Origin: a candidate division WOR-3 bacterium
GTDB lineage: Bacteria > Hydrothermota > 32-111
NCBI GenBank assembly: GCA_039804105.1
Contig: JBDRZU010000001.1
Coordinates: 1,312,001 to 1,376,000 of the forward strand
DNA length: 64,000 nucleotides
Direction of reading: 5' to 3'
Shown here one piece after another: positions 62,934 through 64,000 of this stretch (the stretch's first letter is position 1; every line of letters starts with the position of its first letter). The notes under the pieces were generated by a model, which saw only the letters and a program-made list of their open reading frames with translations, had not been told where the DNA came from and did not search any database. A program made the position numbers and the translations under genes.

Positions 62934-64000
62934 ATGTCAGATGATTATAAATTTGATCCAATGGTGAGATTGTTAAAACCAGAACTTGAAGAGATAATAA
63001 AAAATAAGGATTGGAAAAATTTAAAAGAATTGATCTCCTTCTGGCAACCCCCAGAGATTGCTGATCTTTTTAGGGAGATAGAATCTAAAGAGAGAGTTGT
63101 TATTTTAAGATTGTTGCCCAAGGATTTTCAGCAGGAAGTTTTTTCTTACCTTGATAGTGATATGCAGGAGGATCTGTTAAGGAACCTAACAAACGATGAT
63201 ATTAAGACAATAATCGAAGAACTTGAACCAGATGATAGAACTGAACTGTTTGAAGAAATGCCTCCTGATCTCACAAGAAAGATGATAAATCTCCTTTCAC
63301 CCGAAGAGAGGAAAAAAGCATTGCAACTTTTAGGATATCCAGAAAACAGTGTTGGAAGGTTGATGAACCCAGATTACATTGCTGTGAAAAATTCATGGAC
63401 TATAGAGAAAACGATCGCGTTTATTAGAAATTATGGTAAAGATGTTGAAACTATAAACATGATATATGTTGTTGACGACCAATGGCATCTTTTGGATGAT
63501 ATTTCAATAAAAAAATTGATCCTTGCTGAACCTTCACAAACGATAGATTCCTTGATGGACAAAAGTGTTATATTTTTGACTGCAAACACTGATCAGGAAG
63601 AAGCGATCAAAATTTTTGAAAAATATGACCTTCTCGCATTACCGATTACAGATGAAGAAAGACATCTTTTAGGAATTGTAACATTCGACGATATTCTTGA
63701 TGCAGTTCGAGAAGAGCAAACAGAGGATTTTACAAAATTTTCAGGTATCCAGTCACACGATATTGATCTTGATTTTATAACAAGGATAAAAGATGTTCCG
63801 ATGATTCAAATTTTCAAAGCGAGAATAAGTTGGCTTGTTGCACTTCTTATAATGGATTTTGTTACAGGAGGCATTATTCAGGGTTTTCAGGATACGATAG
63901 CAAGGTATGTTGTTTTGGTTTCATTTTTACCTGTTCTTGTTGATACTGCTGGAAATGCTGGTGCACAGTCGGCAACACTTGTGATAAGGGCGTTAGCAAT
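62934..64000 (+). CDS. mgtE: Magnesium transporter MgtE (3' partial; absent from the ORF track)
   Basis: Manual translation: MSDDYKFD...LEPDDRTEL...GYPENSVGRLM (CBS pair)...RISWL...DTAGNAGAQS. Confidence 0.93.
   Translation, partial: MSDDYKFDPMVRLLKPELEEIIKNKDWKNLKELISFWQPPEIADLFREIESKERVVILRLLPKDFQQEVFSYLDSDMQEDLLRNLTNDDIKTIIEELEPDDRTELFEEMPPDLTRKMINLLSPEERKKALQLLGYPENSVGRLMNPDYIAVKNSWTIEKTIAFIRNYGKDVETINMIYVVDDQWHLLDDISIKKLILAEPSQTIDSLMDKSVIFLTANTDQEEAIKIFEKYDLLALPITDEERHLLGIVTFDDILDAVREEQTEDFTKFSGIQSHDIDLDFITRIKDVPMIQIFKARISWLVALLIMDFVTGGIIQGFQDTIARYVVLVSFLPVLVDTAGNAGAQSATLVIRALA

Overview
A gene-dense, AT-rich (roughly 30% GC by eye) bacterial chromosomal segment from a diderm: it encodes TolC, Wzi-like and patatin-POTRA outer-membrane proteins. 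T9SS-sorting-domain-like C-termini and a PorX-type regulator suggest an FCB-related candidate lineage such as WOR-3/TA06; this is inference. Most of the window is housekeeping: dnaE, purA/D/M, uvrB, xerC, dapA, lon, argS, panC, folK, rpmH-rnpA-yidD-yidC-jag-mnmE-rph-rluD-topA and a partial mgtE. I saw no rRNA, tRNA, CRISPR array, IS element or prophage. The most notable observations are: (1) a coupled GAF-GAF-GGDEF / histidine kinase / PorX (REC-PglZ) module; (2) an apparently split GlmU; (3) recurrent sigma70-like promoters, mostly with 16-bp spacers, many placed to give leaderless mRNAs; (4) an ArgRS with HIGH replaced by VLVN; (5) a Jag lacking R3H, and an rpmH cluster without adjacent dnaA; (6) AmmeMemoRadiSam A/B genes without their radical SAM partner. 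All calls come from motif recognition by eye; no database searches were run.
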